From assembly GCA_963731655.1 (NCBI GenBank), contig CAVSWL010000005.1, positions 361,862 through 425,861 of the forward strand: a DNA stretch of 64,000 nt, in the 5' to 3' direction. Shown piece by piece: positions 10,542-20,856 of the stretch. The notes under the pieces were generated by a model that searched no databases, was not told the DNA's origin, and was given only the letters and a program-made list of their open reading frames with translations. Every line of letters starts with the position of its first letter. Positions within the stretch are counted from its first letter, which is position 1. Source of the DNA: an uncultured Gammaproteobacteria bacterium. GTDB taxonomy: Bacteria > Pseudomonadota > Gammaproteobacteria > JAAEPA01. Both the position numbers and the translations under genes were made by a program.

Positions 10542-11032
10542 CGTCCCCGTCCTGTCGAAATTGGCTTAACTGTTTAGACGGGACAAACCCAGATTTGTGA
10601 CAGGTGATCCGCTTCGTATTCTGTGGATAGATCGACTTTGGAATATGCGTGCGGGTCTGTCCCTTTCCATGTTTTAGAAGCACTCAACGACGGTGCCTTG
10701 ATAGTACAGAAGCATCCAATTCGCCCACGCTACCTCTACATCATTGCTTGCTGTAGCGTGACAAATCACTCACATACGAGCAATAGAATGAAGCGGCCTA
10801 TTGAATCCTGTCATTGGGTCCGGTTGCAACCGACCTGCGACCGTAAAAAATAAAGTTCGCAGATAGCGCTAAATAAGACGCTACCCGAATCCGGCACGAT
10901 TCATCCTGGTATGGAATTTGTCTTATTACTTATGAAATAGATCCGCCCACTGCCCCTCGGCGCTTCGTCCATTCCTATGGAAACTCGGAGACGTCTGCTT
11001 ACTATACCGAAAAGTCTATCGAAGATAATGCA

Positions 11033-11704
11033 ATGAATACCGACTTACTTGCGGTTCGCGCCTATAACCTGGCGTGTATTTCTACCGGGATTGCGCATGA
11101 CTTGAATGGCCGCCTCAACGCAATGGTAGTCAATCTTGAAATGTTGAAGCAGGTTCAGTCCATGGACAAGGAGACTCAACGCTACACTGAAGCTATATCT
11201 AGCGAGATTCAGCAACTCAACAGGCAGATCGCAACGCTCATCAGCCAGATCGCACCAATCGACTACCACCTCGCGAAGCTTAATCTAAAGGATTTTATTG
11301 ATGAAGTGCTAATTCTCATTGGTGCCCATGCACGACATCGACGTGTCCAGCTGAAAGTTACCGTAACCGACGACAACATTAGCGTACAGGGTGTCGAGGG
11401 GGAACTCAATCAGGCTGTATTAACGCTCATTCTAGACATGCTCGAAGTGATGCCCTCAGGCGGCGAGCTGTACATCAATCTTACTAAAATTGTACAAAAC
11501 GCCACCCTTGAACTTTGCTGTAAGAGCGCAGATCCTCTCGACACAAGCCAGATCAGCCTAGAATCTGTAATGAGTCAGAGTACAGAAGTGACTAGAATGC
11601 ACATCGCCCGGACAATTATTCAAAAGCAGCAGGGTTCAATCGAAATGAGGCTCCTTGCTGACAACCAATTGTGTGCTCGGATAACACTACCATTAGCACT
11701 TTAG
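11033..11704 (+). CDS. Small cytoplasmic histidine-kinase-like protein (HisKA H-box present, degenerate HATPase_c)
   Basis: H-box IAHDLNGRLNAM (FixL/NtrB-like). The C-terminal region has an N-box-like ELNQAVLTLILDMLEVM but no clear G1/G2 boxes. No TM or sensor domain. 223 aa. Confidence 0.6.
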   Translation: MNTDLLAVRAYNLACISTGIAHDLNGRLNAMVVNLEMLKQVQSMDKETQRYTEAISSEIQQLNRQIATLISQIAPIDYHLAKLNLKDFIDEVLILIGAHARHRRVQLKVTVTDDNISVQGVEGELNQAVLTLILDMLEVMPSGGELYINLTKIVQNATLELCCKSADPLDTSQISLESVMSQSTEVTRMHIARTIIQKQQGSIEMRLLADNQLCARITLPLAL

Positions 11705-11719
11705 CCTATTCCTGTATAA

Positions 11720-11854
11720 CGAGCCGATGAGGAGCGCGCTTTCGCGCGTCTGCTCAATCTGCCTTGATAGCGTGAAGTTTCGGTTTCCTGATGAGTTTGT
11801 TCGGGAGGCGCGCGTTCCTCATCGGCTCGATAGCTCCGCGAAGCGGAGCTATCG
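11720..11854. repeat. Structured intergenic element: 20-bp long-range inverted repeat plus perfect 11-bp-stem hairpin
   Basis: CGAGCCGATGAGGAGCGCGC (11720-11739) and its reverse complement with 1 mismatch (11810-11829). GATAGCTCCGC-GAA-GCGGAGCTATC perfect hairpin at 11830-11854. Lies between the convergent HK-like gene and the giant signalling gene; likely a bidirectional terminator or REP-like element. Confidence 0.4.
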
Positions 11855-11977
11855 GAATGCTAAGCGACTGTCAGAAAGTTTAGAAAGCGTGTTCTGTGGA
11901 TAATTAAGAGGGGCCTGCTTGTAACACCAAAATGTGCGATTAAACATTAAAAACAGACTCGCGGGGCATGTAGGCTT

Positions 11978-14900
11978 TCACCTGGACAACAGTAATTTTA
12001 ACCGCTCGAGATCCAATGGTTTTACCAGATAGTGGGTAAAACCTTGCGCAATTGCTTGTGCTTCATCTGCTGGCTCACCGCGACCTGACAACGCTATGAA
12101 GAGCGTCGCGGATAGGCCTTGTTTCTTCAAGGCCCTGAGCAAATCGTACCCGTGCATATCCGGCAGGCCCAGGTCCAAAATTGCGACATCCGGTCTGAAG
12201 GTGCGGGCGTCATTGATTGCCGACTCGCCATCGAGTGCAACTTGTACCTGATATCCGTACAACTTTAGTAACATTCCTGTGGCTTTAGCCGCATCCTCAT
12301 GATCGTCTACCACAAGTATACGTAATGTACTCCCGTCGCCACGCGCCGCGTTTTCGTCGCCCTCGTGTTTATTTTGTTGCATGAAAGGTTCAGGCGTAGG
12401 GCCTTGTCGGTTTTCCTTTTTAGTGTATTGGGCAACTACAGCTACCAGGTCGTTTTGCTTTACGGGTTTACTGAGGTAAGTATCACAACCAACTTTAAAA
12501 CAAGCTTCGCGTTCCTCCTTCATGGCGCCTGCTGTCAAAGCGATGATGGGAAGTTCAAAACCTCGATCACGTAACTCGGCTGTGGCAGCAAAGCCATCCA
12601 TTATTGGCATTTGCATATCCATTACAACTATGTCGAACGGGTGGTTTTGTGTCTGCGCAACTTCGATCGCCTCAAGTGCTTTCTGACCATTCTCGGTTGT
12701 CATAACTTCGGCACCTGCTTCCTCCAGAAAATGTCGAATCAATAAGCAGACATCGCGCCGATCATCGACAACCAAGACTCGACTCTCGAGCCTAAGCTCT
12801 TGCGGTTCCGGAACTCGCGGAATTATAGATGGGGCAAGTTCATCCGCTTCAACCAGAGCAAGGTCTCCCAAAGGCGCTATCGGAAAAGCTACGGTAAAGG
12901 TGCTGCCCTTATTGGGTCGGGTATCCACAACAATCCGTCCACCAAGCACTTCGACCAATCGTTTGGTAATAGTCAATCCTAATCCCGTACCTCCCTGGCG
13001 TCTCGAAGCAGATCCATCCGCTTGCATAAACGGTTTGAACAGCATCTCCAGTTGCTGTGGTGTGATCCCGATGCCGGTATCGATCACTTGAAATTGTATT
13101 TCCGGCTTGGTCTCGTTAGGTAAGAAACGGATAACGAATCGTACTTCCCCCCTATCGGTAAACTTTATCGCATTGCTGATGAGATTCAGCAGTATTTGCC
13201 GCACCCGCGTGCGGTCGCTATCGATAGTTTCCGGGACAGGGCCGGCATACTCGACATTCAGCATCAAGCCCTTTTCTTGTGCGCGTACTCTCATTGACGC
13301 GACTACATCATCGACGAGCCCCAGTAAGAAAAATCGCTCTTTCTGGAGTTCCAAACGCTGAGCTTCAATTTTAGATTGATCGAGGATATCGTTGATCAGC
13401 TCCAGCAAATACTCGGCGTTACGTTTGATAATTGGGAGAATCTGAAGATCATCCGGTTCCCGAGTATGTGACAGCAACACATCCAGGTACCCCATGATCG
13501 CTGTCATAGGAGTGCGGATTTCATGACTCATATTGGCGAGAAACTCGCTTTTAGCGCGATTGGCTACCTCAGCCGCCGCGCGGGCTTCACTTAACGCATT
13601 TTCGGCAAGCACCAAGTCGTGGATATCGGTGGCCACACCGAACCATTGAGTCAGCCTGCCTTGGCGGTTGCGAACCGGACACGACCGCGCCAGAAACCAG
13701 CGATATTCTCCATCCGCTAATCGTAATCGATACCGACATTCATAAGGCTGGCCAGTATGGACCGCACCAGTCCACCGCTCTTGACAGCGCTCCACGTCTT
13801 CCGGATGGAAAGCGCGCATCCATTCCCATCCTTGCGCCTTTCCCGTTTCCATACCCGTAAGCTTATAAAAACGGGCATTCTGATAATCGCATGAACCGTC
13901 CGCTCTATTTGTAAAAATAATTTCGGGGATTGTATCCGCCATAATCTTAAAACGACGGTCTCTGCGTCGCCTTAACTGCTCAGCCCGGATTCGATCAGTA
14001 ATGTCGCTCACCACGCATTGAACTGCCTCCACGGTACCGGCCGCTGCTTGTATAGGCGCGCAACTCGCTAGCCAAACGCGTTTCTGCGTTCCACTTCCTG
14101 GCGTTCGTCCGCGAATCTCTGCGTCGAGGACCGGCTCACCTGTATCTAATACCTGTTCGATCAATGGTTCGATTTGCGGTGCGATCTCGGGCATCAACTC
14201 ACGCATGTTCCGCCCAATACAGTCCTGCACATCGACACCGTTAATTATTGCGAGTTGTTCGTTAATTTTTAGTATCCGATGGTCGCGATCGAACACGGCT
14301 AATCCAACCGGCGCGGTTTGGTAAAAGGTCTCGAGTTCGGTAGTGCTGCGTTGTAATTTTTCCTTGTTTTCCGCTAGGACTCTTTCGGCATGTTTTCTAT
14401 TCGAGATATCTTCGATTACCGAAATGAAGTACTCGGGTTCACCACAGTCATCGCGCGCCAGAGAAAGTGTCAGATTAATCCATACGATTGAACCGTCTTT
14501 ACGGTAGTATCGCTTCTCCGGTTTGTAGGTATTTATCTCTCCTGCAAGCAATCGGCGAAGATGATCCAAGTCTCGTTCGAGATCATTGTAATGGGTGATA
14601 TCCTGGAAAGTCTTTTCAAGCAGCTCGTGAGCGGTGTAACCGACAATGTCGCAAAACCGCTGATTGACGCGCAACCAGCGACCGTTTAAGGCAACGTGCG
14701 CTATGCCCACCGCAGCGTTTTCGAACGTGCCGCGAAATCGTTGTTCACTCTCGTGCACGGCGCGCTCTACTTCCATGCGCTCCGTGACATCGTTTAACAC
14801 AGCGACGTAGTGCGTTACTCGACCATGGTTATCAGGCACCGGCGAGATTCGCAACTCATTCCAAAACGGCGTCCCATCCTGCTTATAATTAATTAGCGTC

Positions 14901-17900
14901 ACATTGCACTCGCGCTGCGCCGCGATGGCTTTCTGAATCTCTGCAACCGTATCCGGATTGGTTTTAGGACCCTGTAAGAATCTGCAATTGAGCCCTATAA
15001 CTTGCTCTGCCGTATAACCTGTGAGGCGTTCGAAGCCTACACTGGCGAATATAATCGGCTGATCTTTTTGCCGCGCATCGACAATTAACACTCCGTTGGT
15101 GCTCGCTGCGATCGCGCGGTCGCGCAACCGCAGAGCTTCTTCGGCTCGCTTACGCTGAGAGATTTCCACCACGACCATGTTGACGCCGATGATCGCGTCA
15201 TTACTATCGCTCATGGGATAGTAACTCTCCAACCAGACCTGTTCGATTCCCGGTCGGCAAGCGGTTTCACCACGCAATTCTTGATCTAATAGCGGCTCAC
15301 CGGTTTGCAGCACCTGATATAGCAGCGGCTCAATCTTATCAGCAAGCTCAGGCAAAATTTCACGCACGGTTTTACCTAGGTGCGCATTCGCTGGCACACC
15401 GTTGATCTCCGCCAAGCGGTCATTGATACGTACAAAACGAAGCTCTCTATCGAGGAAACATAGCCCAACTGGAGCACAGTGATACACTGATTCAATTTCA
15501 GCGCGTCGCGCGTTGGCAATCTGCTCGCTGATGCGCAACTTGCTTACATCCGAGAACGTGATGACCATCCCTTCAAATCGACCCTCTTGCGTGCGATAGG
15601 ACAGAGCGCGCCGAATGAACCAGCGTCCGTCGTAGAGCCGGATTTCATGATCGAGAGGCTTTGCCGAAGTTTGGAGCTGTCGCAACGTGGGTAAGGGGGG
15701 CATGTCCTCCGCGGTGTGGGTAATATGCGCCAAGGGCCGGCCGATGTCGCTTGGAATAAGGTTATAAATTTGGGTCACAGCCGGCGTGAAGTTGCGGATA
15801 TTAAGCTGATTATCAAGGAAAAAGATGGCGATCTGGGTGCCAGTTAATAGATTTTCAAGATCGCTGTTAGCTCGTCTTAGGGCCTCGTTAGCAGTCTGCA
15901 CTTCCTCTTTGGAGCTTTCCAGTTCCTCGTAGGACGCCTGCAGTTCCTCGTTCATCGATTTTAGCTCGTCATTGGAGGTGTGGAGTTCCTCATTGGTGGA
16001 CTCCAAATTCTGCACGGTTCTCTCCAACTCCTTCCGCGTTAAGCTAAGTTCGCGTTGGAGTTGATTGATCAAGTGCTCTGCGTTATCGCTTTGGCTGTCG
16101 ATTTTGTGCTCCACCAGCGATAACACAGGACCCAGGTCTTTAAAGACGACCATGAATAGAGCCGATTCCTCACCAAGCCTAGGCATGGGCTGTACCGTAA
16201 GCTGCACTCGATGCGCGTTTTCGCCAAGTTCGACGGTCACTCTTTCATGCGTTACTTTTCGGCGTATTCGAATGGCCTCCTCGAGTGCCGTGCGCAATCC
16301 TGCGCGTAGCCCGGTACGCGCCATCTTGATGATATTGTTTTGAAACGTGCGGCTGGTTGGTCCCAAATATTTTCCAGTATTCGCCGTCAGAAAAACCATT
16401 TGGCACTTATCGTTGACAACCGCATAAGTCGGTGCAAACTCATCGAGAAGAATGCGTTGCGCGATCTGCTGGATATCCACATCACGGGGTGAATCGCTTT
16501 CAACCGGTATGCCGCGCCGGGATATCTCCGGATTCCATTGTTTCTTCTGTACGGCAGTGGGTAAGCGCTGTGAAATGCGGTACTTGGTGCTAATCGTGCG
16601 AAACAGCTCTTTGTGGGTAACGATATTTTCCGCAGGACCGAGAAACAAGTAACCATCCGGTCGTAGTGCATAATGAAACATTGGAACCAGTTTGTCTTGC
16701 AGGTGTGGCCCTAAATAAATTAACAGGTTTCGGCAGGAGACCAGGTCTAGGCACGAGAAAGGCGGGTCGGTAATCAGATTGTGCAACGAGAACAGGCAAA
16801 GCTCGCGAATCTCCTTGCAGACCTGGTAGTGTTGGCCACGTCGCACAAAGAAGCGCTTGAGCCGCTCGTCTGAGATATCTTTGGCGATGCCTAAGGGATA
16901 GATGCCGGCTCGTGCAATTTTCAATGCGCGCGCGTCAAGGTCGGTGGCATATATCTGTACTTCCGGAAGTAATTCGTACCGATCCATAGCCTCGCGCATG
17001 ATCATCGCAACGGTATAAGCCTCCTCTCCAGTTGCACAACCTGCCACCCAGACGCGAATCGGATCGTCTGCGTCACGATCATAGAAGAGTTTGGGGATAA
17101 CTTTGGTGGACAGCGTTTCAAAAGCTTCGGCACCGCGAAAGAATGCGGTCACCCCACTCAGCATTTCTTTAAACAATACTTTCACTTCTTTAGGATCAGC
17201 GCGCAGCCGTGCGATGTACTCATCGACCTCCGCGATATGGAGAACTTGAATACGACGTCGAATGCGGCGCACGAGCGTGCTCGTCCTGTAGTGCTTAAAG
17301 TTATGACCCGTAGCTGTCAGCAGGATGTCGCTAATTTCATACAGCTGGTCACCGATACGTTCACTAAGAGCTGTGATGTGATTGCCTTTATCTAGGCCCT
17401 GGAGGTAGTTTGCATACGCTATGAGTTCCTTATGCATTGCTTCAGGTGCCAGTACATGATCGGCTATCCCATGTAGGGTATTGCTACTTGGTACACGGTT
17501 GTATTCGGCCGAATCTTCCTGCACCATTGTCATTCCCCCTTTTTCGTTGATAGCTTTGAGTCCAAGACTACCATCGGTTCCTAAGCCCGATAGAATGATT
17601 CCCACCACATACTCACCGAGAGTTTCGGCCAACGAGTAAAAGAATGAGTCGATCGGCGCTTGACACGAAGCGGGACTCTCACTTGCTTGAACATGCAATA
17701 CGTGGTCCCGTCGAGTCACTAATGATCCGGGCGGTGCAATATAAATGTGATTGGCTTTGATCGCGAGACCATCTCCAATTTCTAAGACTGGCATAGAGAT
17801 AGAGGCGGCAAGCTGCTGCGCCAACCTACTTTCACTGTCAGAAACGAGATGTAGGACGAGTACAAAGGCAAGTCCGCTGTCCGGGGGCACGGCCGAGAAC

Positions 17901-17995
17901 AACGCTTGCAGTGTCTCCAACCCTCCGACGGGAGCGCCGATAGCCACGATGACAGTATGGCATTGAGCATCAGACTTGAGAGGCTTACGAGACAT
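11978..17995 (-). CDS. Giant hybrid signal-transduction protein: CheB methylesterase + CheR methyltransferase + coiled coil + multiple PAS/PAC + HisKA + HATPase_c + two REC domains (2005 aa)
   Basis: CheB_methylest N-terminus (VIVAIGAPVGGLETL). CheR SAM motif (RVWVAGCATGEEAYTVAMIM). The coiled-coil heptad stretch (LESTNEELHTSNDELKSMNEELQASYEELESSKEE) typical of CheBR-PAS hybrids. H-box MSHEIRTPMTAIMGYLDVL. HATPase G-boxes (GTGLGLTI). Two receiver domains with DD...D...K signatures. Confidence 0.9.
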   Translation of the reverse strand: MSRKPLKSDAQCHTVIVAIGAPVGGLETLQALFSAVPPDSGLAFVLVLHLVSDSESRLAQQLAASISMPVLEIGDGLAIKANHIYIAPPGSLVTRRDHVLHVQASESPASCQAPIDSFFYSLAETLGEYVVGIILSGLGTDGSLGLKAINEKGGMTMVQEDSAEYNRVPSSNTLHGIADHVLAPEAMHKELIAYANYLQGLDKGNHITALSERIGDQLYEISDILLTATGHNFKHYRTSTLVRRIRRRIQVLHIAEVDEYIARLRADPKEVKVLFKEMLSGVTAFFRGAEAFETLSTKVIPKLFYDRDADDPIRVWVAGCATGEEAYTVAMIMREAMDRYELLPEVQIYATDLDARALKIARAGIYPLGIAKDISDERLKRFFVRRGQHYQVCKEIRELCLFSLHNLITDPPFSCLDLVSCRNLLIYLGPHLQDKLVPMFHYALRPDGYLFLGPAENIVTHKELFRTISTKYRISQRLPTAVQKKQWNPEISRRGIPVESDSPRDVDIQQIAQRILLDEFAPTYAVVNDKCQMVFLTANTGKYLGPTSRTFQNNIIKMARTGLRAGLRTALEEAIRIRRKVTHERVTVELGENAHRVQLTVQPMPRLGEESALFMVVFKDLGPVLSLVEHKIDSQSDNAEHLINQLQRELSLTRKELERTVQNLESTNEELHTSNDELKSMNEELQASYEELESSKEEVQTANEALRRANSDLENLLTGTQIAIFFLDNQLNIRNFTPAVTQIYNLIPSDIGRPLAHITHTAEDMPPLPTLRQLQTSAKPLDHEIRLYDGRWFIRRALSYRTQEGRFEGMVITFSDVSKLRISEQIANARRAEIESVYHCAPVGLCFLDRELRFVRINDRLAEINGVPANAHLGKTVREILPELADKIEPLLYQVLQTGEPLLDQELRGETACRPGIEQVWLESYYPMSDSNDAIIGVNMVVVEISQRKRAEEALRLRDRAIAASTNGVLIVDARQKDQPIIFASVGFERLTGYTAEQVIGLNCRFLQGPKTNPDTVAEIQKAIAAQRECNVTLINYKQDGTPFWNELRISPVPDNHGRVTHYVAVLNDVTERMEVERAVHESEQRFRGTFENAAVGIAHVALNGRWLRVNQRFCDIVGYTAHELLEKTFQDITHYNDLERDLDHLRRLLAGEINTYKPEKRYYRKDGSIVWINLTLSLARDDCGEPEYFISVIEDISNRKHAERVLAENKEKLQRSTTELETFYQTAPVGLAVFDRDHRILKINEQLAIINGVDVQDCIGRNMRELMPEIAPQIEPLIEQVLDTGEPVLDAEIRGRTPGSGTQKRVWLASCAPIQAAAGTVEAVQCVVSDITDRIRAEQLRRRRDRRFKIMADTIPEIIFTNRADGSCDYQNARFYKLTGMETGKAQGWEWMRAFHPEDVERCQERWTGAVHTGQPYECRYRLRLADGEYRWFLARSCPVRNRQGRLTQWFGVATDIHDLVLAENALSEARAAAEVANRAKSEFLANMSHEIRTPMTAIMGYLDVLLSHTREPDDLQILPIIKRNAEYLLELINDILDQSKIEAQRLELQKERFFLLGLVDDVVASMRVRAQEKGLMLNVEYAGPVPETIDSDRTRVRQILLNLISNAIKFTDRGEVRFVIRFLPNETKPEIQFQVIDTGIGITPQQLEMLFKPFMQADGSASRRQGGTGLGLTITKRLVEVLGGRIVVDTRPNKGSTFTVAFPIAPLGDLALVEADELAPSIIPRVPEPQELRLESRVLVVDDRRDVCLLIRHFLEEAGAEVMTTENGQKALEAIEVAQTQNHPFDIVVMDMQMPIMDGFAATAELRDRGFELPIIALTAGAMKEEREACFKVGCDTYLSKPVKQNDLVAVVAQYTKKENRQGPTPEPFMQQNKHEGDENAARGDGSTLRILVVDDHEDAAKATGMLLKLYGYQVQVALDGESAINDARTFRPDVAILDLGLPDMHGYDLLRALKKQGLSATLFIALSGRGEPADEAQAIAQGFTHYLVKPLDLERLKLLLSR

Positions 17996-18572
17996 TTGCT
18001 AAATCTATATAAAGCCCATTTCTCCCCATATTGCAAGTATGCTGAAAAGTACGGCCCTGCAATGATTCCCGTTAGCATACCAGATAGATTTGATTGCGAG
18101 TTAATGTTTGTTTTTCGGAGGCAAGAGTTGCAGTGCATAAGTCGTTCTAGGTGGAAGAAAATAGGGTTTAAACGACAAAGACTTTATAGAATATATTGCA
18201 ATCTTGCTTTACCAACACACTGTAAACTGAAGCAGCAATTCCCGCTCATGCCTCAAGCCATTGTTGTACAAGGGGTTTAAATTTTGGTTCTCGTACGGCT
18301 TTTTTCAAAAATGGCGTTGTACAGGCCTTATTGTCAAATCTCGCCGGGAATTGCTGAAACTGAAGCATGTAGTTGAAAAACATGGAATCCTTCTTATTAA
18401 GTCAGCTAAACTAAAATATATAACTGTGTATCAGAGGGTACATTCTAATCCTGGAATTTCGCAACATGCGATTAGGCTTTATGAATTATATGAATTAAGA
18501 GAGTTAGTTAATTATTTTTTAACGCCCTGATGAGACACTTCGAACGCTCATCAGAGCATTTGTCATTTGCAG

Positions 18573-18803
18573 CTATTTTGTATCGCTGTGATTGGCTGAA
18601 AGTTCAGGATCCTCGTCTTTTACTCGAGATTTACCGACTCGTTCAGCTTCTTCTAGCTCAGCTAGATCGGATTCTTCAATATTTTCCAAATCTTGATTCT
18701 GCTTTTGAAGGTTTCCAGAGTTCACAAAGTCTTCTGTTCTTTCACGATAGTTACGAGCAGCATCGTAGTCGCCTTCACCTTGAATTTTTTTGTTATCGCT
18801 CAT
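18573..18803 (-). CDS. Small acidic hypothetical protein (76 aa)
   Basis: ATG at 18803 preceded by GGAGAG 7 nt upstream on the minus strand. Highly charged (MSDNKKIQGEGDYDAARNYRERTEDFVNSGNLQKQNQDLENIEESDLAELEEAERV...). Lies in the AT-rich block. Confidence 0.5.
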   Translation of the reverse strand: MSDNKKIQGEGDYDAARNYRERTEDFVNSGNLQKQNQDLENIEESDLAELEEAERVGKSRVKDEDPELSANHSDTK

Positions 18804-19247
18804 ATAAAGCTCTCCTGTATTTAACGGTTTTGTTTCATTTTCAAGTGAGCAAAGAGGATCGAGCAAAATCCATTCCTTTGTATGAAGTATCTATTTTTTG
18901 GCGAAAAGGTAAGTGTAAGTTAAAGAAGGTTATACATACTTACTAAGTAAAGAGATAGTGTATAGGATATTTATACAAATGAAGGCGTTCTTAGTATCTT
19001 TATATACAACATGTGTAGCGGTTTTACAGCGTGTAACTTTTACAATTTATGTAAATTATACATTATACATTACACATTATGTAGTAATTAGTGTATGCCA
19101 TATCCAGCGTAAAATTATTACACTGAGGAGTATCATCAATACTAAAAATGTAAATAGTACAATAATTAGCCCACTAGAAATAATGCGACTTGCTGTGCGT
19201 GTATGTTTGGGATCCTCGAAGTAGCTCTCAAGCAATCGTACATTGCG

Positions 19248-19571
19248 CTAATTTGCTTTCCAAGCTAAATCGAATAAGTCGCCGACAAAAGGAACTAATC
19301 CTATAATGCTTTCTATAACAATATTAATAACCATCCTTAAGAGAACGCTCTTAGGTGTACCGAGACGCGCTGCTTCTAGCACAATGTAACTGGACAACAG
19401 ACTACCAACGGTATCACCTAGTCCAGGTATAAGCCCAATAATACCATCTGCGCCAATTCTATAACCCAAAAATGGGAGTGGAATCGAATTGTCTAAAAAC
19501 CATGCGAGATGACCTAGCCGGTTCTTTGTAGAGTCATAGACAGCGTTTCTTATGGCTTCGCTTTCCAACAT
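19248..19571 (-). CDS. DUF4112-family small membrane protein
   Basis: 107 aa. Conserved IPGLGDTVGSLLS...VPFVGDLFD pattern recalled for DUF4112. Two predicted TM segments. Confidence 0.6.
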   Translation of the reverse strand: MLESEAIRNAVYDSTKNRLGHLAWFLDNSIPLPFLGYRIGADGIIGLIPGLGDTVGSLLSSYIVLEAARLGTPKSVLLRMVINIVIESIIGLVPFVGDLFDLAWKAN

Positions 19572-19817
19572 TCTGTTAGCTATCGAATATTATTCCAGCC
19601 GCTTATTAAGTTTTTCATAAAACATCTTATTATAATTAGTTATAGTCTAAAAATATTTATATTCAAAAATTGGCAACTAATATACCAAGGCGCAAAAACA
19701 TATCCGTTAACGCTGTTGAGAAATTTTACACCGAAATAAGTGGTACCGGATTTGCATTCGACCAATACAAGCTAAAGTTAAGAGTACCGATTCACTTATG
19801 TATTGGAGAATTACGAT

Positions 19818-20495
19818 ATGAACTTCTTAAGACAACTTTCTTTAGCAGTTGTATTGAAATCATTTATCTTAATAACGCTCATGATTATGGGAAGAATAGT
19901 AGGTGCCAATGACAGCAATGCTTATTGGAGTGACAGCTCGGGCAATATCGTACATTCGAGAACCGGTGAATGTTTGAAAACAAGGCAATGGACACCACAA
20001 CAAGCTACACGAGAATGTGATCCCGAATTGTTTGCAAGATATCACCAAAAAGCATACTCCCAGTCACCAACTGCTGCAGAAACAGTGGCTGAGTATATTG
20101 CAGCAATGAATATTGTAAAAAAGCTAGTGATTGACACTGAAACTTATTTTTATTTCGATAGTGCTAAGCTGCGTCCCGAAGCCGAAAAAGGGCTGAAATA
20201 CATCGCCATACAAATCCGATCTATGAAACATGTTGATAAAATACGTATTGTGGGTTACGCCGATCGTATTGGCACTGATCAATATAATGATAAATTGGCG
20301 TTAGCACGTGCAGAATCCGTGGAAAAGTATCTTACAGCAGAGTTACCCATAAAGTTATCAAAATACGTTGTTCATTCTAAGGGCGAATCTGATCCTAACG
20401 TAAAATGTATTGGTTTTGAAACTACACCTAATTTAGTTGATTGTTTACAGCCAAACCGCAGAGTAGAAATTGAGGTGATTGGGTCAGTAATATAG
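19818..20495 (+). CDS. OmpA-family protein (signal peptide + C-terminal OmpA peptidoglycan-binding domain)
   Basis: C-terminal OmpA_C motif (YFDSAKLRPEAEKGLKYIA...VGYADRIGTDQYNDKLALARAESVEKYL...NRRVEIEV). ATG at 19818 has TGGAGAA RBS; the track ORF starts 15 nt earlier. Confidence 0.8.
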   Translation: MNFLRQLSLAVVLKSFILITLMIMGRIVGANDSNAYWSDSSGNIVHSRTGECLKTRQWTPQQATRECDPELFARYHQKAYSQSPTAAETVAEYIAAMNIVKKLVIDTETYFYFDSAKLRPEAEKGLKYIAIQIRSMKHVDKIRIVGYADRIGTDQYNDKLALARAESVEKYLTAELPIKLSKYVVHSKGESDPNVKCIGFETTPNLVDCLQPNRRVEIEVIGSVI

Positions 20496-20697
20496 CCTTC
20501 AAGAAGTTCGTATGAAAAACAAGTTTGGTAACTCATTTTAAGTTAATTAACTTTTACATATTTAAGGTGGCTATTAGATTAAGTACATTGAAACCCTCAA
20601 TTGGTAAGATAGCTGCTTCAAGTCAGTTAATATGGGTAATGCTATACTTGAAAGCTGGCCATTTAATTTAATTTTTAAATAATCGAGGACTAATTCA

Positions 20698-20856
20698 ATG
20701 GATTTTATTCGCATTCTTGTCGCAATACTATTACCACCCGTTGGCGTGTTTTTACAGGTTGGGATTGGTAAACATTTTTGGTTAAATATCTTATTTACGT
20801 TACTAGGGTATATTCCCGGGATTGTTCATGCCGTATGGGTAATTGCAAAAAAATAA
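20698..20856 (+). CDS. Pmp3/YqaE (UPF0057) family proteolipid, 52 aa. Not in the supplied ORF track (<60 aa)
   Basis: MDFIRILVAILLPPVGVFLQVGIGKHFWLNILFTLLGYIPGIVHAVWVIAKK. Two TM helices and the LLPP(L/V)GVFL ... LT(L/I)LGYIPG(I/V)(I/V)HA signature of the family. AGGA 8 nt upstream of ATG. Confidence 0.7.
   Translation: MDFIRILVAILLPPVGVFLQVGIGKHFWLNILFTLLGYIPGIVHAVWVIAKK

Noticed and set aside
18261-19224. Three 88-138-aa ORFs (18261..18530, 18530..18946, 18958..19224) in the AT-rich gap
   Set aside because: They have low-complexity, Ile/Leu/Lys/Tyr-rich products, no RBS, and one is antisense to the RBS-supported small acidic protein gene. They are likely chance ORFs in AT-rich DNA.
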